A stretch of 64,000 nucleotides of DNA from Chrysomallon squamiferum (Eukaryota > Animalia > Mollusca): NCBI GenBank assembly GCA_012295275.1, contig CM022671.1:16616001-16680000 (forward strand), in the 5' to 3' direction. Positions within the stretch are counted from its first letter, which is position 1. The number at the start of each line of letters is the position of its first letter. The notes below the pieces were generated by a model that was given only the letters and a program-made list of their open reading frames with translations, was not told where the DNA came from and ran no database searches. Shown here one piece after another: positions 50,604-64,000 of the stretch. Both the position numbers and the translations under genes were made by a program.

Positions 50604-53600
50604 ACACACACATATATGTAATATTAGCAGTGTCAAAATTAAATATTTTAAATTTTATTCTTGGCTGCAATAAAATAAAATACAATATTGTAAACATGGT
50701 CCATTAAGTAATATCAGAATCCTCAAAATTCTTAAACTTCATTTTCCAGTGAAATTCAGAGGAAATAAACATAAATGCAAGACTCATATGAAATAATGTC
50801 GAAATTCTACTTCAAGAAATTTTGAATATTTACTTTTTTCTGTAATACTAAACTTTGCTATCCATTATTTTACAAAAAGATCTTTATATTTTCAAATATA
50901 TTACTGGGGCTGGATATATATTTCAAATAGGTTACATGTGCTGGATAAATATTTTAAGTATATTTTAAGTTCTAGATAAATATTTTAGAAATATTACATA
51001 GGTAAATATTATAAATATATTACAATACTTTTATAAAATAATTTTCTTTGTTACATAATGATAACTTTCACTGTTTCTATGTTTTTAAGCTGCAAAGCTT
51101 AAAACAAAAAGCATCTGTAAATGAAGCATTTTTTTTAGATGACATAGCACAATATTAGAAATAATTTTAAAATAAATATTGAATGTGAAAAAATATCTCC
51201 TGTTTTTCCATGTAATATGCAAATTTATTTATCACTGAAAAAAACCAAGAAGCAAACAAAAAACAAACAAACAAAGACAAAATAAAATCAACAAACAAAA
51301 AAATAAACAAACAAAATAAATTATTGGTTAGTTAATAAGCCAAACTTTTAAGTGATAAAAGTGATGTAGAAAACTGTGTTCATGTGATAAAACATACAAT
51401 ATATATTAAAGTTCATTATGTACAATGTGAACTGAAAATGTGGAGGTGTTATTGATAAAACAAAGGAATGTGCTGAATGTCATCTGGGTTTAGTGAACTC
51501 CCTACATATATATATATAAATATATATATACACATTTTAATATTTAAAATGGTTACAAGCTTTATCTGTATATGGTATGACCTGCCAATAATATTTTAAC
51601 ATATTAATAGTAATGGGTATGTGTCTATATATCTGTGTGTGTACTTTAGTATATGTGTATTCGTGTTCATATATGTCTTTGTGTATGTGTGTGTGTTAGG
51701 GTGTGTATGTGAGTGAATGAGTAAGTGCTTGGTAAACAACAATTCTGTGGAGAAATTTGAAGCATATAGATTAAAAACAAAATTTAAAAAATCACATGTT
51801 CAAAAATACAAATATCACCAAGTAAGCAGACAGCTTTTATAATTTTATTTTTAATAACAGCCACCTGTTTCATTAAACCAAACAAACACTATTTTACATA
51901 ACAGCATAGTATTTTTATTTCATACTGCCAGCATGTTTTTAAAAAGCCAAAGTTTTAGTCTGTGACACAAAACAATGCAAGAAACAACAAAAGCAAACGT
52001 GCTAAAACAAAACTGATGAAGTAATACAAATGTTTAAAATGATGTGTAAAAAGTGTGATTTAAAAACCATTGCTGTAGCCTGTTGTTATGGCAAGGCAAA
52101 ATAATTTAAATCTGATCAACATATGAAAAGCTGATAAAATTTCAATTAGCCAAATATTATGGCAATTTCATATATTTCAAAGGCCGCTGAAATGAAAAGC
52201 TAATGAAATATCAGTTATCCTGATGTTATGGCAAAATACCAAACACATTTTAGAGGTTAATGGTAAATGAAAAACCCACAAAAATTTTAATTAGCCTGAT
52301 GTTACGGCAAAAAGCCATGAAAAACATTTGCAAAATGAGGTTTTGCATCAATCATTAATAAAACCATCAGCTGCTGTTAGCCACTTGTTATGGAAATGCA
52401 AACAAACATTTGCTGATTAAAATTAGATTAGAGTGTCATTTAAAAATAGAAAGGTTGATTAAAAAAAGCAGAAACTGAGTGAGATAATAAAAAACAAAAA
52501 AAAAAACATTAAGAGTTACGGGAAGACTGATACTCTTCGGCTGTGGGCAGAATGATGTCGATGGAAACCGGTTTTTCGTCTGTGGAACTCTGCTGTTCCT
52601 CGGGTTCTGCTTCCTCCACTGGCTCAATCACCACCGGAGGCTTTGGCTCTAACGGAAGACGGAATGCCGCATTCCCGGCTGACAGACTCTTAAACTGAGC
52701 CAGTGGCTGCGGCATGGGCTGAGCTGGTGGCAGGGGTGGAGGTGCTACTACTACTACTGGTTTTGGTTTGACTAGAAAGTCGATGTTGTTGTGGTCAACA
52801 TTGAAAAAAAAGAAGAAGAAAAAAATATCTGGATATAGAAAACTTTTGTAGGACGACTGCTTGGATTTCAGATGAGCATCTCTTGTTGTTCTCTGTAGCA
52901 ATACTACATCCACATACAATGTAGTGATGGATTCTGATGTGTAGTTTATGTGAATCTCTTCATGCAACAAACACAGGCAACAACAATAGTAATAATAATA
53001 ATAAAAACAGTAACAACAACAATAGTAGTAATAATAATAATAATAATAATATATATATATATTGGTTTTATATAAAATTATATAAAATTGAGTTTTTATT
53101 GTACATTTATATCCAAAGAAGTCAATTTATGTATACTTCAGTAACTGACAGTCCTTTCAGTTTTTAACCAGATTCAAAAAATTCTTTTTAAAAACAGTTT
53201 TATATTATTTGATTTGCTTTAAATGTTCAACAAACTGACTCTCCAGCCAATATTTGATGTCACTGTGTTGCTGTAACATAAATACACACTCACTATCAAT
53301 ATTATATTAAACTGAATATAAAGACTCTACAGACAGTACAGACATATAAACAGAACACAGCTAAACAAAATATCTAAGTAAGGACATACCTGTCTTATCA
53401 GTAGGCTGGACCTTTGGAAAGACAAAACAAACAAAAACAATAAACAATAGATTAAAATTAAAACAAACATTAAAATAAAATAATATCTTCTTTCAGATTG
53501 GTAAGTTACTCATGTTTGTTTGTAATTTCAAACTAATCTTCATTGAAGTATTATATTTAAAATGTAAATAAAGAAATAAATTCTAGTTTATTTCATTACT

Positions 53601-54920
53601 TCTTATACTATTTTCAGTTCCTTGCTTTGAAAAGAAATGAAATATCTGGCTGCTTTTAATACTTTAATACATATCATGTTATATTTTTGATATTCTTAAT
53701 AATTTTGAAACAAAAAAAAAAAAAAAAAACGAGAAAAACTACCCATTTATTTACTAAAAAAAAAATATCTGTCTTTGGTTTATTTACTGGAAGTAGTATA
53801 TTACAGTATATATATAAATAAATAAATAAAAACATCTAACTTGTTAAAGTTTTAGGATTTCAGCTCTAACCTATGAAGGTATAATGGGCCAACTGAGTGA
53901 GGCTCTGCTTGAAATTTATGAAGTATAAAAAAAAAAATTAAAAAAAATATTGTGTGAACACATACAAACACACATACATATATGAAAAGACTGTATTACC
54001 TGTTGGTCTTTCTCTGCAGGGGAAGTTACGGTCTGCTTTGACGTTGAACTGTCGGGTGTTGGTTGGTCATGAGGAGGAACAACAAGTCTTATTGTCTTGG
54101 TTCTCGCTGGTTCTGGTAGTGCAGGAAGATCTGGTATGTTGTGTGTGGAGACTGCTCGCTCACTGACAGCTGTGCTCACATCATCTAGAACTCTCCTCTC
54201 TGACGTCTGGACGTGTTCAGAGACACCAGCACTTTCAGTTCTGATAAAAATCTCTTCTCTTACAGTCTTAGATTCGTCACTAGGAGCTGAAAGTTCCGGT
54301 TGTTTGTCCTGATGAAATGATAACAATAATAATAACAACAACAACAACAAGATTAAGGAGAAGAAAAGAAGAAGAAGATGTTGATAATAATGAAGAAAAT
54401 TAAAAATAAAGGAACATAATTGTTTTTCAAAAGGTAATTATGTCAACACTGGAAAGAAATATCTATAATCAAAGCAAGTACAAATGTAACCATCCTATTA
54501 AATATCAGAAAATTTTCTAAATTCAGTTCATAGATACCTTACAATGGTTTTTTTTTTATATAAATCTTTCTTTTTTTTTTAATTTTTATATAACTGGCTG
54601 ATGCATGTATTTAATCTATTTTTCCATTCCAGATTTATATTCACAATTTTCAAAACAAAAGTGAAGTTCTACCACATAATAAAAATATACATATTCAAGA
54701 GGAAACATTTAAACTGTGTTACAAGGTTCTTTAGACAGATCCTATCTCTGACTGGCTGTCACCAATAGCAACAAATTTAAACTGACCTCATCTGCTGGAC
54801 TTTCTTCAACAGCAGTCAAAATTTCTTCAACAACCTTTTTGCCTCTTTTTGGGTACTGTCTTTGAGACAAAAACTTTTTCTTCTTAATATCACGGTAATA
54901 TATTTCCTATTGTAATGTTT

Positions 54921-54952
<32 letters not shown>

Positions 54953-57103
54953 TCAATTCCTAATATAGTATTTAAAAATAATAATAATGATAATAATAAT
55001 ACTAAAATAAATAAATATTATAAATAAATAAATCAGTATCATGTAACATACATAAATTATAAAAATTTAAATAGTTCAGTTTTGAAGAACATAAAAAAGA
55101 AAAGATAAAAATCACCCTTAAGTATTTTTTTCTGGTATATACAATTTTTAAATGTTACTAATTTATTATTACCTCCATTTTAACATGTTGAACATTATGT
55201 TTACATTTACTTTAATATGTTTATATCCATGTCCTTTTTTATATTTTAGTTTATTAGTTTACACTGTAAAAAATCCTTGAACATAGAAAAAGTGCTATAA
55301 GGTATAATAATAATAATGAGAAATAATTATTTATTAGAGAAGAAACAAATATCCCGAATGTTTAATTTTCTGTTGTTTAATGAAACTAAAGTAACTAAAC
55401 ATATCTAATTAATTACAGATTTCAAATAGCAATCATTTTAATTATAGTCTGGCATTGGCCTTTTATCAAATAAACTGAATTATTATCTCTATCACTATCA
55501 TTATAATTGTTAACAATGTTGTATTAATACCATCATTATCATTATTGCTATCATTTTTACTGCTGTTGTCGTTATTATCATTATCATTATTACTGTTGTT
55601 GCATTATCATCGTTTTCATCATTATCATTATTTTTGTTGTTGTCATTAATATCATTATCACCATCATTATAATTGTTATTGTTGTTGTCATTAATATGCT
55701 TATCATTTTCATCATTATTATTGTTGTTGTCATTATTATCATTATCATTATTATTGTTGTTGTCATTATTATCATTATCATTATTATTGTTGTTGTCATT
55801 ATTATCATTATCATTATTATTGTTGTTGAATTATTATTATTATTATTATTATTATTATCACTATCATAATCATTATTATTGTTGTTGTCATTATTATCAT
55901 TATTACTACAACTGTCATTATCGTTACTGTTACAATTTTGTACATCATTCAAACCTTTTTCTTTTCCTCTAACATCCCTCCGTCAAAGTTGATGACCGAG
56001 AGTTCGGGATCTTTCTCGGGAACGACCTTCTGCATTTTCTTGTTTTCCTTCATCATTTTCTTCACATTGAGCCGCACGCTGCTCAGACGAGACTGTCTGG
56101 GTCCACCTCCCTTTGCAGGCAGCGACAACACCTCAGTGGCTGGCTTCTCAACCTTGTCAGCTTTCTCTGAACAAACTGAAAGGAAAAAGAGTCTCATAAT
56201 GATATCACTGTTTTATGTTTTTGATCTGTGTGTTGTGGAAAAGGTGAAATAATTCTTTATGTTCGCATAACTGTTTCACTATTTTAAGTTTTTTTTTTTA
56301 TATATATATATATATATATATAACTAAATATATATAAAAAAGACATTTGATTGTAACATAATTTAACAATCTAAAACAAATGATAAATAAAAATTAGATA
56401 ACAGATATATCAAATAAGATGAAACAGTTGTCTTTAAATTATTTTGTATTTGATGTTTTATGATAAAAATCAGATAGAAATTAAATCTCAGTATACCATT
56501 ACATACAATTATGAGAAAATATTGATTATGATTATTTATAACAGAACTAAATCATCAATGACATTTTTTTTTTTTTTAAATTAGAAAATGAAAGAAAGGA
56601 AATATATTGTGCTTGTATGTACGCATGTGTGTACATCTAAACATTAATTTCATAATTAAGGTATTTACCTTTTCCAGCATCTTCGATCATTTTGAACCAT
56701 TCTTCCTGGCTGTGGGACCTTGCTGTAGACAGAAAATAAAAAAAAACATAAAAAATAAAATAAATAAATCTGTTATCTAAAAATCAATATAGAAAATGTA
56801 TTATTGATCATACAAAAAGAAAAAGAAAAAAGGACTACATTTATTTCATGTATTTTGAAGTCATTGTTCCTCTTGAAGCATAATAAAGTGTGACATTAAG
56901 ATAGTAAGCTTTTGATATCTTTATTCCTGTTTTCTTACAACAGCTTTTGGAACAAAATCATGGCTGGTATCTTTATAATAACTTATTTAGTCCATTAATT
57001 AATAATGAATAAATACGAATAACCATATCTCAATATACTTCATGTTATTAAATCACTTTGATTCAGTAACTACAAATTCTTAGAAACTGTATCATTAAAA
57101 CAA

Positions 57104-57171
<68 letters not shown>

Positions 57172-60100
57172 TATCAATAAGATATTTTTCTTAAAACAAA
57201 GAATTTGTTAACTAGCCTGTTTCTGCTGTGAATTTAACAGGACATGGTGATACCATGGATAGAACAGGAAATACTTCAAAATGTCACTAATGAGTTCTGA
57301 TCCTGTGACAGTCAGGTCTCAAACTCAGTACCAAAAACACAAGCTAACTATATTTTTAAAAACCTACTTGACAACACAGGCTGTATCTTTTTCTTCTCTT
57401 CAACCTCTTCCTTCTTCTGTGGGAAAAAATGTAAAATAAATGCTTTACTACTCCGGTAACATGAAGATATAATTTAATACATATTTTATTCTTCCGTGTA
57501 AATGTTTTATTTCTTTCTGATCACCAATCATTTTTAGTAATAAAGTAAGTCAATAAATAACAAATCTGTGGAGATGAATATAAATTGGCATTTTCTTTTT
57601 CATCACAGTCATATCAGTTACATATATATTCTGTTTATTCCACATTACACTTAGATATATTTTGATTTCAAAGCAACAACATGGTATACCAAACTTTGCT
57701 AGTAATAACAAGTTTGAGATGATGAAAATAAACATGATTTGTTTTTGTTTAAATCATAGTGACATTATACCCACAATACACACATTCAAACATACATATA
57801 TATTCACACATAAAAACACATGCATACACACAGACACATGTATACAAACACAGAAATGTATACAAACACAGAAAACACACACAGACAAAGACACACTCAC
57901 CCACCCAGTATCCACAAAGATCCTACTTGTTCCATATGAACACTTATAAACAGTCAGATTTCTCTCAGTGACAGCTTACCTCAGTTGTCTCGGTGGGTGG
58001 TGCTTCTGGACTTGCACTTCTCGAGTCAGGTGGGGTGGGGCCAGGTGATTCGCCAAAGGTGGGGAAGACAAACCTGGACATCATGTCGTAGTCTGACTGT
58101 GTCTTCTCCACACTCAGCTCATCCTCACTGAACTTAACAGCTTGTTTCACTTTCTTTTTCTTTGACGTGAATTTGTCTGAAAATATGATTTTACAAAATC
58201 TTTCAGTGAGTGTACTTGAAAGAAAAAAAAAAAAAAAAAAAAAAAAGATATTGTTGACAAAAATGTAGTTAAAAAAAAATAAATAAAATAAAAGCATTTT
58301 TTACAAGTTTAAAATTTAACACAAATATTCCAATTTACAAATATAGTAAACGAAATGATTATTTCTACATTGATGTATATGTCAGAAACATTTCTTACAA
58401 ATATAACTGAAAATATGATTTACAAAAACATTTTTCAGTATGTACTTAAAACAAAAGATAAATAGTGTTGTCAAAAATCCTGCAATGTAGTTAAAAAGAT
58501 AATAAAAGCATTTCTCACAAGTGTAAAATTTACATATAATTTTTAATTAACAAATATATTAAAAAAAACAAGATTATTTTTACATCGATATACATGTATG
58601 AAGAGCATGGAGTAATTAAAGGAAAAAGAAATGCTTGTTACCATTTAACACTAGTTCTGGTATCATCATATATGTCCAATAAACTATTACTGTCAACTAA
58701 AAATTATTATTTATAACCAAGGGATGTTCATTTATTGTTGTATTAAAACGTATAAAAGGTTGACTATCACCGACATTTAAAAAAAAAAAAGAAATAGTGC
58801 TTTCTGAAATATTATTTAAAATAAATTATGATTCATGACATTATTAACTAGAATACCAACCAAGGATGCTCAGCATAATCAATGAAATTTTTGAATCTTT
58901 GAAAAAAAAAAAAAAAACACAGGATTATTTGTCATGGATATCTGAGTAATTAAACTAAGAAATAAATGTCTAATTACCTTGATTCTCTTCCATGAATTTC
59001 TTGAGGTCCAAGCTGGTGACCCGAGAGTCAAGAATGAGGTCAATATTTGACAGCTGACAGGGTGTGTCACATGGTGACACATAGATGTCAGTGGGGGCCA
59101 TCATGTATTCTGATTCCTCTTCACTTACCTCCTGCAACAAAAACAGGTTGATATGTCACTATCTTTATGTAAAATATAGTTGTTATGTCACTATCTTCAT
59201 GTTAAATCTTTATGTCAAAATATTAAATGTTGTTGATATGTCAACATCTTCATGTAAAATATAGTTATGTCAGTATCTTCATGTAAAATGTAGTTGTTAT
59301 GTCAGTATCTTAATGTTAAATGTAGTTGGTATGTCAATATCGTCATGTAAAATATAGTTATGTCAGTATCTTCATGTAAAATATAGTTGGTATGTCAGTA
59401 TCTTAATGTTAAATGTAGTTGATATGTCAATATCGTCATGTAAAATATAGTTGATATGTCAACATCTGCATGTAAAATATAGTTATGTCAGTATCTTAAT
59501 GTAAAATATAGTTGATATGTCAGTATCTTCATGTAAAATATAGTTGATATGTCAGTATCTTAATGTTAAATGTAGTTGATATGTCACTATCGTCATGTAA
59601 AATATAGTTGATATGTCATTATCTTAATGTTAAATGTAGTTGTTATGTCAGTATCTTAATGTTAAATGTAGTTGATATGTTAGTATCTTAATGTAAAATG
59701 TAATTGATACATCAACATCTTCATGTAAAATATGAATGATGTCAGTATCTTCATGTAAAACATATCTACTGTTAATATAAAAAATAGTGATTTTGTGTAT
59801 GTACTTTACATAAAAACTGAGTGAAATAACTTAAAAATGGCTTAATATTTTAACATATTATTCAAGCCATATATCTTTTGTTATCCAATAACTTTTGGAA
59901 AAAAAAAACCACAAACAGTCTTTTGCATTTATCTGTTAGCAAAGGATTCAAAAGACCACCTTAAGTGGTATAATTTGAAACAAAAAAAGTTTTTAATAAG
60001 AGAAATTACAGACTTTTTAGATCTATACTAGATTATACTGAATTCTTACCAAGAGAAATGAAAATATTGTATAACTGTATGTTTGTGAAATTTATATAAA

Positions 60101-61421
60101 TCCTGCTTTATTCAGGATCTGAGCACTTTTTTATGTTCAATGATTACGTTTTTCAAAAACATATGAAGAGATACAGTAATGTATTTTAAAATATCTAGAT
60201 TTGATTTTATTATTTTAAAAAATAAAAAATAAAATAAAAAAAACTTTAGATATATAACTTACTTCTTCTTTCTGCACCAGTGGATTCAGTTCTAACTTTC
60301 CCTCTATAAAATCTTTGGAAAATTCAATTTCATATGGCACCTGAAATTTATGAAAACTGAGTGTTACTGTGTATTCAAATTAATTATATATAAAAAAAAA
60401 TTATTTTTGTTTGTTTATTATTTAGTCAAACTTTATTTTTTTAACAGAATAAATGACAAAATTATAAATTAATACTATAATTGTCACTTATTCTCAAATG
60501 TATTCTATTTTCAAAAACATCTTGCTTTGACATTACAATTCATACTGCAGATCTGAAGCACTTACTAGAATGGGAAATAGCAATGACAGTGAAAATAATT
60601 TTCAGATCCACTGAGATAGAAAGGTGTACAGTTCCCCATATTTGACATTATTTGTTCACACTATTAATCCATAATTTAACTTTGCAGCTGAAAAGATTTC
60701 GCTTACAATGTAAACAAATAAACAATAAAATATTTTTAAAAAAGGACACAGACATAAAAATATTAAAACAAGAAAAATATAATGTAAATATATATGATCA
60801 AAGTGGATTTGAACTTACTAAGTAGCTGTCCATGTTGACTGGTTCTCTGTCATCAATGTAACCGTCATGTGTCACTGAGGGGTCTTCATACACATACGAT
60901 TCTGTCAAAAATAGAAATATTAACTGTTTAATAATAATAAAGGTATTATTTTTACAGAAATAAACAAAACTAATCTTGAGAAGCAAAAAAGATATTTGAC
61001 TTTTCAAAAATTAATTTTTTTGGAGGGCACAATTTTTGAGAGTTTATTGCTAGATATTATAAAAAAAAATAGTACTGAAATAAATCAATAAAAAAATATA
61101 AAGTGATCTGTAAGTTGTAAAATACTAATATCAGAAAAGCAGACACACACACACACACAGACAAACACACACATCAAACAAGTACAATAAATAATTATAC
61201 ATCAACATCTAGTTGTCAAATGATAAAGTTCTCACTTGAGAAAAACTATTTGCCAAAGACCAGCACTCCCAAACTTTTCCCTGATAGAAGCAAACTAAAC
61301 AATATCCAGTCACACAGACACACACACATACACACTGTGAAAAAGACACATCTGGTCTGTTCAGTACCTTGATCTGAGAAATCAGCAGCAGTTTCAGAAG
61401 ATGTCAGATGTGGACAAACTG

Positions 61422-61467
<46 letters not shown>

Positions 61468-62564
61468 ATTTTTTCAACAAAGAACAGTTTGTTAATATTT
61501 AACAATATCCTAACTGGCAATCTCTCATTTTTATAAGTTTTAATTATTCTTTATAATGTCACTGTCACAGCATAACTGATGAATCATCTTCTAAACACTG
61601 TCACAGTTTGTATGATTATATCAAATATAAATTATTTTTTCACATAATAATAAAAAAAATTGCCTTTTACTTAAATAATAGAGACCCCACACAAAACTCT
61701 ACTTTGATATATACATAATACGCTATATGTATAATAACAATACGAAATGTATATAATTTACCTTTGCTGTGGTCAATGTAAAATATGTGCTGTTTGAAAC
61801 CGACAATGAGATCGCAGGAGGCTGTGAGAAAACAGGCAGCACTTAAAGACTCGTCAAGCATGATTTCAGTCAGCAGAGTCTTTGATTCCCAGATCTTTAT
61901 AGCACCGTCAGCACTGAAAACAAAGTAACAAGACTTTTAGATTTGTATAATACTGAAACTCTGTAACAAGAGTTTTAGATTTTTAGAGCTCTGAAAACCT
62001 CACTGTAACAGAGTTTTTGATTATTATTGCACTGAAATGCTGTAACAAGAGTTCTAGATTTTTGTGTCACCTTTGCACTGAAATAAGATGAGCTTTAGCT
62101 TTTCAGATCTTAGTTTTAACTTTCAAACAAGAAAAGAAAAAAGGTATTTAAGCGTGCTTACTGTAGACTTTTGAATACTATTTTGATTTGAGTTACAGAT
62201 CTCACCTGCATGAACAAAACAGTCCTAACTCAGGGCAGACATCAATGGCCACTACTGGTCCATTGTGTTCTGGTCTGTGTTCCTTGTCAACTACACTGCT
62301 GAACTGAGGTAGGACTGAAAAATATAACTGTGTGTGCTGATTTCAGAAAAACAAAAGAGAGTATTCAAAAGCTATTCTGCAGTTTGAAATATGTCTGTTC
62401 CTAATAATTATGTGTATTTACATAAACCTTTGAAGTGTGTAACAGAAAAATATATTTTTTGAATTAGTTAATGAGAATTTAATAAAATAACCTGACATTT
62501 TTAGAAATATTTCTTTATATTAGCCCAACCCTTATCAGATTGTACACATGTACACACACACAAT

Positions 62565-62603
<39 letters not shown>

Positions 62604-63802
62604 ACATAAATGCTTTTTTAAAATTATCACTATATATATAGTTTGATAGTGAAAAAAACACTGATTAAAAATAACCAAAAATATGGTTAAATATGTTTAA
62701 TCTCGTTTTAAATTTATTTCTGTTGTTCAATCATTTCTAAAAATCAGGACATAGTACATCAAAATCCAAGTTTTTATTCAAGCTTGTAACAATTAGTATC
62801 AAATTTAATGATTATACTTATGGCAAAAAAAAAAAAAAAAAAATTAATTGTACATTATTAGCAAAATATATTCCAGCTGTTTGCTTTAATAATTTACTTT
62901 TAATGAAATATAATAAATGTAAACAAGTAATGTTGATTCACATGTATGTGTCATGCTAACTAACCTTTAGCTTTGTTCAGGCCAGAATCCTGAATTTCTA
63001 ACAAAGGGTGGAAGATGACATTACCACTGTCATGACCAGTCACAAACAGGCCACCCTGAAGAAAACAAAGAGAATTTACAACAGAAATATTAACCCTTGG
63101 TAATGACAAACAGAACAGCCTGAAGTAAAACTGAAAACAAAGAGAATTTAAACAGAAATATTAACCCTTGGTAATCACAAACAATAAACAATATTACACT
63201 ATACACTATGATGCATTACACCAATATGTACACTTTATGAAATAAGTAAAAATGCACTTATCCTTTTATTTTCTTAAGTCAACAGTGTAAAAAACTTAAT
63301 TAGTTAAATCTTCTGAAGCTCGACTTAAATCCAATTACACCAAAATATGTTAATTTAGCAATAATTGATATTACTTATTAGTCTTAAATGACCAGTGATG
63401 TCTGGTGTATATTTCATGTTGTAACTCAATATACAAGTATTAACTGATATTACTTACAAGTCTTGTATACCCAGTGATGTCAGGTGTATATTTCATGTTG
63501 TAACTCAATATACAAGTATTAACTGATATTACTTACAAGTCTTGCATACCCAGTGATGTCTGTGTATACTTACAAGTCTTGCATACCCAGTGATGTCTGT
63601 GTATTTCAGGTTGTAACTCAATATACAAGTACTAACTGATATTACTTACATGTCTTGCATACCCACTGATGTCTGGGGCACTGTGTATTTCATGCTGCAG
63701 CTCTAACTCGGGCAAGCTCCAGATCTCAATGAGAATCAGCTCTTTGAGTTTGCACATTGTTATCAGTGACTTGTGTACAACATCATGTTTTATTTCCAGT
63801 AT
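42706..63802 (-). CDS. WDR87: WD40-repeat protein, WDR87-like, 3' portion (last WD repeats plus long low-complexity C-terminal tail); 5' part outside the window
   Basis: Phase-consistent exons (-): 63802-63650, 63055-62965, 62314-62206, 61913-61762, 61418-61368, 60901-60819, 60340-60263, 59131-58978, 58176-57980, 57416-57368, 56722-56669, 56175-55955 (alternative in-frame acceptor at 56166), 54906-54787, 54308-54000, 53411-53390, 52771-52520, 50328-50167, 49616-49555, 46129-46077, 45632-45552, 45020-44890, 44096-43898, 43510-43385, 42895-42706 (TAA). WD repeat EHNGPVVAIDVCPELGLFCSCSADGAIKIWESKTLLTEIMLDESLSAACFLTASCDLIVGFKQHIFYID resembles the WDR87/WDR97 family from memory; the symbol is tentative. 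Confidence 0.72.
44590..44740. mobile_element. Decayed SINE-like remnant (related pieces near 3290-3380, 13060-13270, 22400-22660, 57230-57350)
   Basis: acaccagctttagaacactggttggaactggaacaaag resembles, from memory, a core segment of gastropod tRNA-derived SINEs; related degenerate segments recur in the window. Confidence 0.35.
52076..52396. repeat. Five-copy array of a conserved 19-mer tagcctgatgttatggcaa at 69-86 bp spacing
   Basis: Copies at 52076, 52147, 52216, 52292, 52378. Confidence 0.75.
55500..55935. repeat. Compound (ATT/ATC/GTT)n low-complexity tract
   Basis: Direct inspection. Confidence 0.85.
59145..59760. repeat. Minisatellite, about 31-bp unit (tagttgatatgtcagtatcttcatgtaaaata), about 19 copies
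   Basis: Direct inspection; begins immediately beside the acceptor of exon 59131-58978. Confidence 0.92.
63355..63700. repeat. Tandem repeat of about 75 bp that includes the exon end and splice donor of the WDR87-like gene
   Basis: ctgatattacttacaagtcttgcatacccagtgatgtc...tatttcatgttgtaactcaatatacaagtattaa repeated; the last copy runs into the coding exon. Confidence 0.9.
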
Positions 63803-64000
63803 CTATTAAATGAAAAGATAAATGGTGTTTTTGCATTAATTGTAAGGAATGGAAATATCCTGCTTTGGTGTTGTGTCACTTATATCAAGTGTATTTTTAT
63901 ATATAACCAAGCAGACATACATACATTTATACATACATATGTACATATACACATATTTGTGTTCATTGCTTATGTCTGAATGGTGGTAGGTTTTTTGTTA

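Noticed and set aside
52772-52970. Open-frame extension upstream of exon 52771-52520
   Set aside because: Includes a poly-T tract and lacks a convincing donor; the acceptor at 52772 already gives the right phase.

Overview
AT-rich, intron-dense, microsatellite-rich animal genomic DNA (most consistent with a mollusc or other lophotrochozoan; inference only). I reconstructed five spliced genes by hand. (1) The 3' part of an axonemal inner-arm dynein heavy chain, DNAH3-like (+, 27 exons, 821-22999). (2) TMA7 (-, 26130-28783). (3) SNRPF/SmF (+, 32671-35052). (4) COMMD7 (+, 35887-41332). (5) The 3' part of a WDR87-like WD40 gene (-, 42706-63802, continuing beyond the window). Introns carry micro- and minisatellites, several MITEs and old SINE-like remnants; a decayed Mutator-like transposase fragment lies between TMA7 and SNRPF. 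Most notable: a probable minor-spliceosome (U12) intron near the dynein 3' end, a candidate 32-aa cassette exon inside dynein AAA6, a MITE resembling mammalian Tigger4/MER46, tandem duplications anchored on splice sites, alternative ATG-ending first exons, and a stop-containing cassette exon. Two frameshifts (one dynein exon, COMMD7 exon 3) are probably assembly errors. No clearly novel multi-gene system is evident. Most supplied ORFs are repeat-derived noise.
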